A stretch of DNA of 64,000 bases from an uncultured delta proteobacterium (GTDB lineage Bacteria > Desulfobacterota > Binatia > Binatales > Binataceae). The notes beneath the pieces were generated by a model. It did no database searches, had not been told where the DNA came from, and saw nothing but the letters and a program-made list of their open reading frames with translations. Below, one piece after another: positions 30,030-39,577 of this stretch. A program made the position numbers and the translations under genes. The number at the start of each line of letters is the position of its first letter. The stretch's first letter is position 1. The DNA lies in contig CAVRVY010000002.1 of the NCBI GenBank assembly GCA_963724765.1, positions 288,001-352,000 on the forward strand, in the 5' to 3' direction.

Positions 30030-31190
30030 TTAGATTGTGTTGGGAGCGACCTTGCCCGCCAGGATGTGGAGCGCCTCGAATAGGTAGTAGCTGCCGAATA
30101 TCAACTCATGCAAGGCTGCTGCGTCGTGACCGCGCGAGTCCGGCCGCTTGTTGAAACATCCTTCGGTGAGAATGCCCGGCACTCTGCGATCGGACGGGCT
30201 GACCGGCGTCAGGTAGCGTTCGACGACTGCGCTTACGGTCGCCTCGCCGTGGCGGCGATAGCCGTGACGCCTTGCCGGATCGGCGAGCGCCGCAAGCTTA
30301 AGCATCGCGCAAGCCATCGCGGCGGTGGCCGCGGTGTCGCGCTCGATCTGTGGGATGCGGGAGTCATCGAAATCCCAGAACGCGACGCGGTCCGACGGGA
30401 CGTGGGCGATCCACCAATCGGCGCCGCGCTCGGCCGCCTGGAGCCATCGCGTCTCGCCAGGCTCGCGGGCATAACTCATCACCGACAGCAACGCGCCCCA
30501 ACTCTGCGCGCGTCCCCAGGTGCTGGTGTCGCTGTATCCCTTGTGAGTGTAGTGCCGAATCATCGCGCCGCTTAGCGGGTCGAGCGAACTTGACTGGATG
30601 AACGATCCGTCGTCGCGCAGATGCAATTCGATGACCCGGCTGGCGTGGCTTCGTGCGGCCTCGCGCATCCTGCCGTCGCCGGTCTCGCGCGCGGCCCACA
30701 GCAGGAAGGGCGAGGCGAAGAGACTGTCGATACTGCTCTCGGCCGGGCCGACCTGCGAACCCTCTTCGGCCTCTGCGCCGAGCGGTATAAGTCCGAGCGC
30801 CGGATTGTACAGGCGCATGAGACTGGCGGCGGCCTCGAGCGCCATTTGTCGTGCGCCGGCGTCGTTCAGCAGAAGGTGGCCGACACTGCCGCCGTAATAA
30901 AAGGGTATCGCCTTGAAGACGCTCGCCGAACCGATCCGCGGGCGCAACCGGGACATCCACTGCCGCGCCCATCGATGGTAACGTTCGTCACCCGTGCCAT
31001 GGCAGGCGAGCCACAGCATCGCGACCCAGAAGCCGCCCGTCCAATCGCCGTCCGCGGTCACGGTCCATTGGCCGCTTGCGGGATCGGCCCAGTGCGGAAA
31101 GCCATCGCCTACGCGCGCGGCCGTGTCGCGCACGCGTGTCAGCATCCTAGCGATCGCCTCGTTCCAAGCTTCGGGTTCCATGCGGGCCAT
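30030..31190 (-). CDS. GH88 (unsaturated glucuronyl hydrolase)-like (alpha/alpha)6 protein, divergent
   Basis: DWTGGFW, SIDSL, THKGYSDTSTWGRAQSW, WDFD..RDTAATA and IFGSYYLFEAL. Confidence 0.82.
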   Translation of the reverse strand: MARMEPEAWNEAIARMLTRVRDTAARVGDGFPHWADPASGQWTVTADGDWTGGFWVAMLWLACHGTGDERYHRWARQWMSRLRPRIGSASVFKAIPFYYGGSVGHLLLNDAGARQMALEAAASLMRLYNPALGLIPLGAEAEEGSQVGPAESSIDSLFASPFLLWAARETGDGRMREAARSHASRVIELHLRDDGSFIQSSSLDPLSGAMIRHYTHKGYSDTSTWGRAQSWGALLSVMSYAREPGETRWLQAAERGADWWIAHVPSDRVAFWDFDDSRIPQIERDTAATAAMACAMLKLAALADPARRHGYRRHGEATVSAVVERYLTPVSPSDRRVPGILTEGCFNKRPDSRGHDAAALHELIFGSYYLFEALHILAGKVAPNTI

Positions 31191-31225
31191 CCTGGTTGCG
31201 ATTGCTTAAGCTCCCGGCCGCGGCG

Positions 31226-31591
31226 CTATTGGCCGAGCAGCTTGCGCAGGACGTCGAAACGCAATTCCTGCTGCGCGCCGAGCCATAGCGCATGCTCGGC
31301 ATGGTCGCGGAATCCGTCGTCGGTGTTGGGATGGATCAGGATTGAGAGCCCGTCGTGATTGATCATCAGCCACGGCACCACCCGTGCGAACTCGCGGATG
31401 GCGAAACTGATCTGGTACATCGGTAGCGGATGCGGTCCGATCGGTTTGTCATGCCAACTGCCCATCGCGACCTCGAATCTTTGCTGGAGCGCCTCGCGCA
31501 ACGCGGCGGCGGCGGCGCGCGAGTCTGCGCCCGAATAATAGACGTGGGCGTGATAGCTTTCGATTTTTGCCGTATCGCTTATGGCTTCCAT
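31226..31591 (-). CDS. DOPA 4,5-dioxygenase family protein
   Basis: YHAHVYY, PIGPHP..MYQ, VPWLMINHDGLSILIHP and DHAEHALWLG. Confidence 0.92.
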   Translation of the reverse strand: MEAISDTAKIESYHAHVYYSGADSRAAAAALREALQQRFEVAMGSWHDKPIGPHPLPMYQISFAIREFARVVPWLMINHDGLSILIHPNTDDGFRDHAEHALWLGAQQELRFDVLRKLLGQ

Positions 31592-31617
31592 CGTGTTGTC
31601 TCCGCTTTTCGCGGTTC

Positions 31618-32406
31618 CTACGCGCGCACCTCGATCTCGACGCGGCCGAGCGCGCCGAAATCCGCGACCACCGCCGCCGGCTCCCGCACGAAATGCAATC
31701 CGGTCCAGGTGCCGGTCGCGATTATATCGCCCCCGCCAAGACCGTAGCCGCGCCGCGAAAGCTCGTTGGCGATCCATACGAGCCCGTCGAGCGGATGGCC
31801 GAGCAAGCTGGCGCTCGCGCCGCTTGCGCGCAGCACGCCGCCGATTGAGAGCGTGACTTTGTGCCGGGCCAGGTCCAGGCTCTCCCATTCGTTGACCGGC
31901 GTGCCGGCGACCAGGCCGCCGTGAAAGCCGTTGTCGGCGATAATTTCCTCGATCCGCGCGGCCTTCCAGTTCTCAAGCCGCGTGTCGCAAAGTTCGATCA
32001 CCGGCGAGACGGAGGCGACGGCGCGAGCGACCTCGGTGCGCTCGTATGGCGTGCGGCGCGGCGGCAGCGCGGCGCGCATCGTAAACGCGAACTCGGCTTC
32101 GACCCCGACGGTAAAGAAATCGCGCGCGGAGATTTCAGCCGGAGAGTCGAAGCGGGTGGGCGCGAAGATGCGCGCCGCGAACGGCCCTGAGGCTCCGACC
32201 AGCGCCTGCGACTCTTTCGATGCGCATCCGATTTTGTAGCCGACAACCGGCAACTTGCACTCCCGCGCGAACGCTTCCTGGATCGAGTAGGCGTCGTCGA
32301 GCGACAGCGGCGCGCCGCTCGGCGGTATCCGCTTGAGCGTCCGCCTGCCGCTGCGCGCCGCGAGCATCGAGGCCACCGCCTCGTCCAGGTCTTTCGCCGA
32401 TATCAT
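31618..32406 (-). CDS. 2-keto-4-pentenoate hydratase (FAH superfamily)
   Basis: AYSIQ, GYKIG, VEAEFAF, IELCDTR, IADNG and IIATGT. Confidence 0.9.
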   Translation of the reverse strand: MISAKDLDEAVASMLAARSGRRTLKRIPPSGAPLSLDDAYSIQEAFARECKLPVVGYKIGCASKESQALVGASGPFAARIFAPTRFDSPAEISARDFFTVGVEAEFAFTMRAALPPRRTPYERTEVARAVASVSPVIELCDTRLENWKAARIEEIIADNGFHGGLVAGTPVNEWESLDLARHKVTLSIGGVLRASGASASLLGHPLDGLVWIANELSRRGYGLGGGDIIATGTWTGLHFVREPAAVVADFGALGRVEIEVRA

Positions 32407-33123
32407 TTATGAACTCCCGCGACTTTCGCCGTCGCCCGTCTCGCGCGCAGTTAAGAGGTAGCACGGATGGTCGGGCGGTGCGGTCCACAGCGCCGGGTCC
32501 ATCAGCGGCTCCACGCTGACCGAGGCGAACCCGTGCGCGCGCACCAACCGCGTCATCTCGGAGGACGGCCGGCCTCCGAAGAGCGGCAGGCAATCGTAGA
32601 TTTGATTATATTCCTCGCGGCGCTCCGCCGGTCCCCAGTGGCCTTCGATCAGAATCAGCCGCCCGCCGGGCCGCAGCAGCCGGCGCCAGGTGTCGAGCGC
32701 GACCTCAGGGTGTGGCAGGGTCCAGATAACGTGGCGCTCGACGACCAGGTCCTGGCTCGCCGCGGCGAGGTCGAGCGTCTCGACGTCGGCTTCGATGAAA
32801 TTGATGGCGAGCTCTTGCGCGGTGGCTTTGTCGCGCGCCCGCGCGAGCATCGTGGGCGCGACGTCGGCGCCGGTCACGCGATGGCCTTGCGCGGCGAAAA
32901 GCAGGGAGAGAAAACCGGTGCCACATCCGATATCGAGCACGTCGAGCGGTTCCGTGCCGGCGAATCGGGCAATCAAGCGACGCCACGCGTGCGCCTGCGC
33001 GTCGGTGATGAGGCCGTGGCTCGGTTCCAGATCGAAGTCGGCGGCGCGCCGGTCCCAATGCTGGCGCACCAGTTCTTTTACTCGTTCACCGCGTCCATGA
33101 CGCTCCGCCGGCATTCGATCCAT
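32407..33123 (-). CDS. Class I SAM-dependent methyltransferase
   Basis: VLDIGCGTG and RHVIWTLPHP..W.RLLRPGG. Confidence 0.92.
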   Translation of the reverse strand: MDRMPAERHGRGERVKELVRQHWDRRAADFDLEPSHGLITDAQAHAWRRLIARFAGTEPLDVLDIGCGTGFLSLLFAAQGHRVTGADVAPTMLARARDKATAQELAINFIEADVETLDLAAASQDLVVERHVIWTLPHPEVALDTWRRLLRPGGRLILIEGHWGPAERREEYNQIYDCLPLFGGRPSSEMTRLVRAHGFASVSVEPLMDPALWTAPPDHPCYLLTARETGDGESRGSS

Positions 33124-33497
33124 ATAGACCGGCGGCGGCGAAAAAAGGAAGGCGGCTACAACTCAGATTGTGGCTGCCGCCTTCGACGCTGAATTCTGAC
33201 TCACTTTCGCGCGAGCTGTACGCGAGAGCGGGTGCGGTCTCGTGCTTATTCTTCACGCGGCGCGGTAATTGGTCTGCGCCGCGCGTATCGATCAGGTACC
33301 TCGCAGGTACCTCGGCCCTTCAGGGTGACAGTGATCCCGGCGACCGGATAGCGAAAAAATGCCTATTTTTGGATGGAGGAGTCTCTAAGCAAGCGCTGTA
33401 AAAGTCAGATTAGAGGAGGTACCTTAATGAACTGTCATCCCGAAGCAAGCTTCGGCTGGAGTTTGCCAGGCCGATCTTCATAGGATTAAGGTCCGGC

Positions 33498-34742
33498 ATG
33501 GCCATAAGAATCTCGGACGCGGTAAATATCGACGATCTGCGACGGCTCGCCAGGCGCCGCCTGCCACGGGTAGCTTTCGATTTCATCGAGGGCGGCGTCG
33601 AGGATGAGCACTGCCTTGAAGCCAACGAGAGCAGCTTCGCGCGCCATCGCCTGGTGCCGCGCTACTTTGTCGAGGTTTCGCGGCGCGACCAATCCGCCAC
33701 GCTGTTCGGCCGCGGTTACGCAAGTCCCTTCGGCATCGCGCCGACTGGCCTCGCAGCGCTGTTCCGTGCGGACGCCGACCTCATCCTGGCCAGGGCCGCC
33801 GCGGCCGCGAATATCCCGTTCATAATGTCGGGCGCTTCCACCGCTTCGATCGAAACGGCGGCGCAGATAGCGCCCGCGCATACCTGGTATCAGCTCTACG
33901 CGGCGCGCGACAAAAAGATTTCCGAAGATCTGATCCGGCGCGTACGCGACGCCGGATTGAGCACGCTGGTGCTGACCGTCGACGTGCCGGTGTCCTCCAA
34001 GCGCGAGCGCAACGCGCGCAACGGCTTCGAGCTGCCGCTGAAGCTCAAATGGTCGAAGTCGCTCGAAGCGCTGATGCATCCGCGGTGGATTGCCGGCTAC
34101 CTGCGCCGCGGCATCCCGCGGTTCGACAACTGGGCGCCATACGCCGCGCCCGGCGCCAGCGCCAAGGCGATCGCCGCCTTCGTGGCGCGGCAGATTCCGT
34201 GCAGCGTAACCTGGCGCGACCTCGAGAACTTCCGGCGCCTGTGGCCGCGCCATCTGGTGGTCAAAGGGATCATGCATCCGGACGACGCCGTCCAGGCCGC
34301 GCAGATCGGAGTTGACGGAATCATGGTGTCCAATCACGGCGGACGTCAGCTCGATCGGGCGCCGGCTCCGCTGGACATGCTGCCGGCGATCTGCGCGGCG
34401 GTCGGGGACAAGCTCACTGTGATGCTGGACAGCGGCGTGCGGCGCGGCGCCGACATCCTGACCGCGCTGTGCCTGGGAGCGCGCTTCGTTTTCGTCGGCC
34501 GCGCGACCCTCTACGGCGCCGCTGCGGGCGGGCTCCCCGGCGCACAGAAGGCAATCGACATCCTGCGCAAGGAAATCAATCTCGTGATGGGCCAGATCGG
34601 ATGCCCAAGCCTCGATGGGCTCGGCCCCGGTTTCCTGCTGCAACCGGACGCGCCCGTGATGCGTACTGAAATACACGCGGAGCCCGATGGCGCTTCCGGT
34701 CCCAGCGAACGCCGGCTAGCGGAGCAAGGCGCGCGGCGATGA
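33498..34742 (+). CDS. FMN-dependent alpha-hydroxy acid dehydrogenase (LldD/MdlB family)
   Basis: IAPTG, WYQLY, LTVD, VKGI, SNHGGRQLD and DSGVRRG.D. Confidence 0.95.
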   Translation: MAIRISDAVNIDDLRRLARRRLPRVAFDFIEGGVEDEHCLEANESSFARHRLVPRYFVEVSRRDQSATLFGRGYASPFGIAPTGLAALFRADADLILARAAAAANIPFIMSGASTASIETAAQIAPAHTWYQLYAARDKKISEDLIRRVRDAGLSTLVLTVDVPVSSKRERNARNGFELPLKLKWSKSLEALMHPRWIAGYLRRGIPRFDNWAPYAAPGASAKAIAAFVARQIPCSVTWRDLENFRRLWPRHLVVKGIMHPDDAVQAAQIGVDGIMVSNHGGRQLDRAPAPLDMLPAICAAVGDKLTVMLDSGVRRGADILTALCLGARFVFVGRATLYGAAAGGLPGAQKAIDILRKEINLVMGQIGCPSLDGLGPGFLLQPDAPVMRTEIHAEPDGASGPSERRLAEQGARR

Positions 34743-34794
34743 TTGTTCCCAACCCGGGAGCGTAGCAATCCAACCCGGCGGACGCGGTGCGGTG

Positions 34795-35427
34795 ATGAGA
34801 ACTGGATTTATTCCGGGACTGTTTTTTCTCGCTGCGGCGGTCGCATCCGGATGCACCATTCAGCAGCCAGCCGTCGCTCCGGCGGTGGCTGAGACGGCCC
34901 CACGGCCGCTGCCCTTCACGGGGCGCCTGGCCGAGGGCGATGCGAGCACAGTGCCGCGGGCGGTGGCGATGTCTCTATCCAACACTTCGGCGGTGACATT
35001 TACCTACCGTGAGGAACTGACCCACGACGATTATCACATACCGCTGATCGTCACCGCGTTCGACCCGGTGACCTACGTGGGGGCCCCGCTGGGCGATCTT
35101 GGCGTGACCGCATTTGCGTCGCTTTCGATCACCGACGGCGACCGCGTGCTCGGCGATTACACCGCCAAAGTACACATCTCGAAGTCTTACACGCTCTACA
35201 AGGAACCGACTCACAAGCAGGTTGAGGAAGCCGCGCGCGCCGCGGTGCGCGAGAAGATCGATCAGAAGCTCTACCGCGATACCGACCGCTTGGCGCAGGC
35301 CTTCGCCGACGCGGGCCAGTCCGCGGCGGACGCGAGCCAGGCCGCGGCTCCAGCGGCCGATCCGAATCAGCCCGCAGCTCCTACGGCCGACATCGGCCAA
35401 CCCTCAATCCCCACGGCGAACCAGTGA
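34795..35427 (+). CDS. Hypothetical lipoprotein with C-terminal 10-aa repeats
   Basis: Lipobox VASGC; tail ADASQAAAPA / ADPNQPAAPT / ADIGQPSIPT. Confidence 0.7.
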   Translation: MRTGFIPGLFFLAAAVASGCTIQQPAVAPAVAETAPRPLPFTGRLAEGDASTVPRAVAMSLSNTSAVTFTYREELTHDDYHIPLIVTAFDPVTYVGAPLGDLGVTAFASLSITDGDRVLGDYTAKVHISKSYTLYKEPTHKQVEEAARAAVREKIDQKLYRDTDRLAQAFADAGQSAADASQAAAPAADPNQPAAPTADIGQPSIPTANQ

Positions 35428-35431
35428 GCCA

Positions 35432-35857
35432 GTGAATCATCACCTTGCGGCAATCCTGCTTGGCGCCGCGATAGTGTTGTTTACCGGATGCGCGGTGCAG
35501 GGGCATCCGTTTGAACGTGCCTCCGCGCCTCCCAACAATGTGGTGATCTACGTTTATCGGCCGTATCACTATGGCTCGTCGCTGCTGCGCCCCGCGGTGA
35601 CTTGCGGCGATGACAGCGCGCGTATCGGTCCCGGGGGCTACCACGCCTTCATCGTTCCGGCCGGCTCCGAGCAGATCCTTTGCAGCATCGAGGGCGCCGA
35701 AAGCGCCGACCAGGTGGAGATCGACCCGCACACCCGCGTTTACTACATCCGCGAAGAGTTCGTGTGGGGCGTGCTAAGCGGCCATCCGCATCTTAACCCG
35801 GTCGACACCGACCAGGCGCACACGGAGATCGAGCAGTGCTGCGTGCAGGAACCATGA
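35432..35857 (+). CDS. Lipoprotein, DUF2846-like
   Basis: GTG start; lipobox FTGC; VIYVYRP..GGY..YYIR pattern. Confidence 0.65.
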   Translation: MNHHLAAILLGAAIVLFTGCAVQGHPFERASAPPNNVVIYVYRPYHYGSSLLRPAVTCGDDSARIGPGGYHAFIVPAGSEQILCSIEGAESADQVEIDPHTRVYYIREEFVWGVLSGHPHLNPVDTDQAHTEIEQCCVQEP

Positions 35858-35977
35858 GGACAGGAGCTAATACGGTTGACCAGCCTTCTGAGACAGGTCG
35901 TGCGCAAATGTCGTGCAATTGTCAGTCGGAATGCTTGATATAAGTTCCGCTTCGGGGTCCTTGCTTTGAAAACGATG

Positions 35978-35996
35978 AAACCGTCGACGACGGTTT
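35978..35996. promoter_or_regulatory. Palindrome (possible operator) upstream of the TolC gene
   Basis: aaaccgtcg-a-cgacggttt. Confidence 0.35.
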
Positions 35997-36049
35997 TCGT
36001 CTACGGGAAAGATCCCGCGAAGCCCGGCTAATTTCCGCTAGAGGAATGT

Positions 36050-37978
36050 ATGAAAGGATTGATGCGTGCCGCCAAAGCCGTCCTGGAAAACCTTCCGTTG
36101 GCGCGGGCACAGACCGTCGCGCTGCTCGCCGCCGCAATTGCGATGGCCTTGGCGGCCACGGCCGCGCCGGCGCAAGCTCAGAGCCTGCCGGCGAATGGCA
36201 ACGGAGGCGGCGGGAATCAAACGGGTTGGTCGAGCGGGCAAAACCAGCCAACGGGTGTAGCGGCGAGCATCTCTCCCGGCGCTGAGGCCCAATTTGAAAG
36301 CTCCCCTATACTCTCACTGCCGAAGATGTTCGCTCGCCAATGGATGTTGCGTAGCGACAGACTGCCGGTCGAGCAATTCGCAGCGTCGGAGGACAACCTG
36401 ACCCAAAAGGTCACCCTCAAGGAGGCCATCTATCTGGGGCTGAGGAACAACCCCGGCCTTGGTTCGGTGGCGCTGGATCCAATCGCGGCAACCTTGAGCG
36501 TGAAGTCAGCGAATGCCGTGTTCGACCCGCAGTTGAGTTCGCAGATCGACGTGGAGAAGGAAGTCTCGCCGGTTGGCTCGCCGTTTCAAAACCCCGGCAG
36601 CGTCGCCAACGTGCAAAAGTACTACGATTGGAATTTCGGCGTTAGCAAAGTGCTTCCGCTGAGCAACGGCACCCTGGGCCTCACCTTCAACAACGATCGC
36701 GAACTCACGAACACCGAATTTAGCCCGGTGAATCCCGTATGGACACCCACCGTCGTGATGTCGCTTTCCCAGCCGTTGCTGCAGAATTTCGGCTGGCAGT
36801 TTGCGACGATCAACGTGCGCCTGGCGGAGTCGGCGCAGCGCTCCTCCCAGTGGAACTATGCCTCCTCGCTCAACGACTTCGTCCAGCGCATCGGTAACGA
36901 CTATTGGGGCGTCGTGCAGGCCCAGGAGAACCTGGAAGTCGCGCAGGCCGCATTGAAGTTCAACAACGATCTCGTCCGCGTCAACCGCGCCAGCGTACGG
37001 ATCGGCATGATGGCGCCGGTGAATCTGACCGAGGCCTTATCCGCCGCTTCCACGGCGCGCGCAAATGTCGAGGCGGCGCAGGCGGGACTGGATATAGCCG
37101 TCACAACGCTGCGGCAGGACGTCGGGCTCAATCCCGACAGCGCCGTGCTGGCGCGGGAAATCGAACCCGTGCAACGGCCCGACCTGGCCCCGGCGCCGGA
37201 GGAGAACGAAAGCGATAAGACGGCATTCGACCAGATGCTCAGCTACAGCCCGGCGCTGGCAGGCATGCGTGAGTCCATTCGCAGTGCGTTGATCCAGGTC
37301 AAGTACGCGGAGAATCAGACCCTGCCTCAGCTCAATCTCGGCGCGCAATTCGGCGTAACTTCTGAAGCGGGCGACGCCACTTGCACCGCCTCGATCACCG
37401 TGCCCACCTACGCTAATTGCTTTACCCCGCGCGGCCCCGTCGTGCGGCCTGGCCAGAACAACGCGGCCGAACTTCCCTTCGGTGGCGGCTACGCTTCAGC
37501 ACTGAACCGCATGTTCAACTTCGCCTTCTACGACTATGCTGCGGTGCTGGGGTTTTCGATGCCGCTCGACAATGCCGCTCCCCAGGCCGCACTCGGGCAG
37601 GCTCGCGTTGCGCTGGAGCAGAGCCGTCTGCAGTACCGCCAGGCGTTCTACCAGGCCGCTTTGCAGGTCAAGAGCACGCAGGTCAATCTGCGCGCGTACA
37701 AAGAGCAGGTGGTGTCCACCGGGGAGGCCACTTCTTACGCGCGGGAGAGCCTGCACGACGTCCAGGTTGAATTTCGCATCGGTACCGCAACTACCAACCA
37801 GCTATTGCAGTATCAGAGCAATCTCGTGACTGCTGAGGGTAGCGAAGTTCAGGCCGATGTCGGTCTGGAAAACGCACGACTGGCGCTATGGCACGCCGAA
37901 GGTACGCTGCTGGAGCACTTCAACATCAACTTCGAGATTAGTAACCCTCATCAATCACCCTGGTATTCGCGCTTTTGA
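36050..37978 (+). CDS. TolC-family outer membrane efflux protein
   Basis: TLKEAIYLGLRNNP, SLSQPLL, NQTLPQLNL and FRIGTATTNQLLQYQ repeats. Confidence 0.88.
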   Translation: MKGLMRAAKAVLENLPLARAQTVALLAAAIAMALAATAAPAQAQSLPANGNGGGGNQTGWSSGQNQPTGVAASISPGAEAQFESSPILSLPKMFARQWMLRSDRLPVEQFAASEDNLTQKVTLKEAIYLGLRNNPGLGSVALDPIAATLSVKSANAVFDPQLSSQIDVEKEVSPVGSPFQNPGSVANVQKYYDWNFGVSKVLPLSNGTLGLTFNNDRELTNTEFSPVNPVWTPTVVMSLSQPLLQNFGWQFATINVRLAESAQRSSQWNYASSLNDFVQRIGNDYWGVVQAQENLEVAQAALKFNNDLVRVNRASVRIGMMAPVNLTEALSAASTARANVEAAQAGLDIAVTTLRQDVGLNPDSAVLAREIEPVQRPDLAPAPEENESDKTAFDQMLSYSPALAGMRESIRSALIQVKYAENQTLPQLNLGAQFGVTSEAGDATCTASITVPTYANCFTPRGPVVRPGQNNAAELPFGGGYASALNRMFNFAFYDYAAVLGFSMPLDNAAPQAALGQARVALEQSRLQYRQAFYQAALQVKSTQVNLRAYKEQVVSTGEATSYARESLHDVQVEFRIGTATTNQLLQYQSNLVTAEGSEVQADVGLENARLALWHAEGTLLEHFNINFEISNPHQSPWYSRF

Positions 37979-38030
37979 GCGCGAAGGGGGCGCGACCGCG
38001 CCGGTAGAGCGGACACGCGAATCAACGGTA

Positions 38031-38696
38031 ATGTCTGATCTTCAAAACCCTTCTCCGCAAGGCCGCCAGAAAACGCGCGCAGTGCCGACTGCGTTGAGAT
38101 TTTTGTTCGTGCTCGCGCTGACATTGATATTCGTGATGGGGCTCAAAGTGGGGTGGGCTCAATTGCCTGCGCCCAACGCGCTGGTGGTGCCGCCGCTGCC
38201 GCCCAGCCCTCCGGCCCAGTTGCCAGCCCCGGTGAGCACGGCTGTCGTGCCAGTCCCGCAGTCGATTCCGTCCCTGCCGGTGCCGTACTCAGCTCCTGGG
38301 CCACGGGTTTTCAACTGCACCTGTTCCGGCGTCGGCACGCCGACTCATTGGATGGGGCAGGTGACCGCTTCCGGCTACTCGAGCGCCAGCGCGAGCGCGG
38401 GGGGCGCCTGCGCTGCTTACTACCAGGGCAAAGCCCCATCATACGGTACAGCAGGAGGTATCGGCGCCGCCAATTTCTTCGGCTCGCTGCCCGGGGCCGC
38501 GCAAAACGCGGGCGCTGCCAATTCCTATGGGTCTCCGGGAGTTGCGCAAAGTTCGACCGCCCCCAGCTCGCTTGGTTCGCTGCCGGGCGCCGCGCAGGGT
38601 GTCGGACAGGCGAGTTCGTTCGGTTCACCCCAAAGTGCGCTGAGTTTTTCCAGTGCGCAGCAGCAGCGACTTTGTTCGCGCTGCGCCTGCTACTGA
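38031..38696 (+). CDS. Secreted Pro-rich / Cys-motif protein with internal ~16-aa repeats
   Basis: TM/signal segment, Pro-rich linker, CTC..GAC..CSRCAC and repeated GSLPGAAQ units. Confidence 0.65.
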   Translation: MSDLQNPSPQGRQKTRAVPTALRFLFVLALTLIFVMGLKVGWAQLPAPNALVVPPLPPSPPAQLPAPVSTAVVPVPQSIPSLPVPYSAPGPRVFNCTCSGVGTPTHWMGQVTASGYSSASASAGGACAAYYQGKAPSYGTAGGIGAANFFGSLPGAAQNAGAANSYGSPGVAQSSTAPSSLGSLPGAAQGVGQASSFGSPQSALSFSSAQQQRLCSRCACY

Positions 38697-38856
38697 CTTC
38701 AACAATTTCACGATCAGCGGTGTGAATGAGTGGGCAGGCTTACCCAACGGACCGGCACAGGGGCGGCCGCTCAAAGTTCAGCAATGTTGGGTGCGGGAAT
38801 ACCGGCGCAGGAAACCTGCGTTCGACCTGTCAAAATGCGACCGCTCAAAGCCCCCC

Positions 38857-39504
38857 TCAAAGTCCCCACGACATGTCCGTGTAAAGCTCGGAAGCGACCT
38901 GCTGCATCATATTGCCCTTTGCAACCGCCTCCTGCGTTGCCGCTACCTGCATATCGGTCATGTTCAGTATGTCCGGACCGCGAAGATTCTGTTTCAAGAA
39001 CTGCGGCGTGGTAGGCACGATGGCTTGCGCCACTACAGAAGCCTGAGACGAGCCGCTAATACCCCTGGTGCGCCATACGACCGCTTTGGTTCGCCGATCG
39101 GTAAGCGTTGCCGCGACCATGATTGTGTTACCGTAGCTCAGCGGTTCGGATACACCGCTTAGGCTCGCAGGCGCCGCATTTGTATAAAGAATTTGCCCCG
39201 AGAGCAGCAAATCCGCCTGCCCCGGATCGTCTACCACCACCAACCTTCCACGCGAAGAGATGGCGTCCTTCATATAGCGCATGAACTGGTCGTTAACACC
39301 GGAAACGAAAGTCAGATTTTCGAAAGGAGCGACATAAATCGTTTTCGCCGAGCTGGGTAGCGAGCTACCGTTGTCGGCAAAGTGCAAGGCACAGCCCTCA
39401 ATTGCAGCGCTCGCCAAGGCAAAGTACATCAATGGCAAGGCGGTGTGAATCAACGAAATGATGGACAACAGCCAAGAGACCGCAGCGGCTCTATACGTAC
39501 TCAT
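38857..39504 (-). CDS. lptE: LptE-family lipoprotein
   Basis: Lipobox IEGC; LPSSAKTIYVAPFENLT and ADLLLSGQI; directly downstream of lptD. Confidence 0.75.
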   Translation of the reverse strand: MSTYRAAAVSWLLSIISLIHTALPLMYFALASAAIEGCALHFADNGSSLPSSAKTIYVAPFENLTFVSGVNDQFMRYMKDAISSRGRLVVVDDPGQADLLLSGQILYTNAAPASLSGVSEPLSYGNTIMVAATLTDRRTKAVVWRTRGISGSSQASVVAQAIVPTTPQFLKQNLRGPDILNMTDMQVAATQEAVAKGNMMQQVASELYTDMSWGL

Positions 39505-39577
39505 CGGCTCAACTCTTCTGCCACCCTCTGTTCCTTTGAATGTTTTCTCCTCTTGCCGGGAGCGATAATCCGCCGTC

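Noticed and set aside
25953-31591. Melanin/betalain pigment pathway (yellow protein + DOPA dioxygenase)
   Set aside because: The genes are in separate units, no tyrosinase is present, and both families are broadly distributed.
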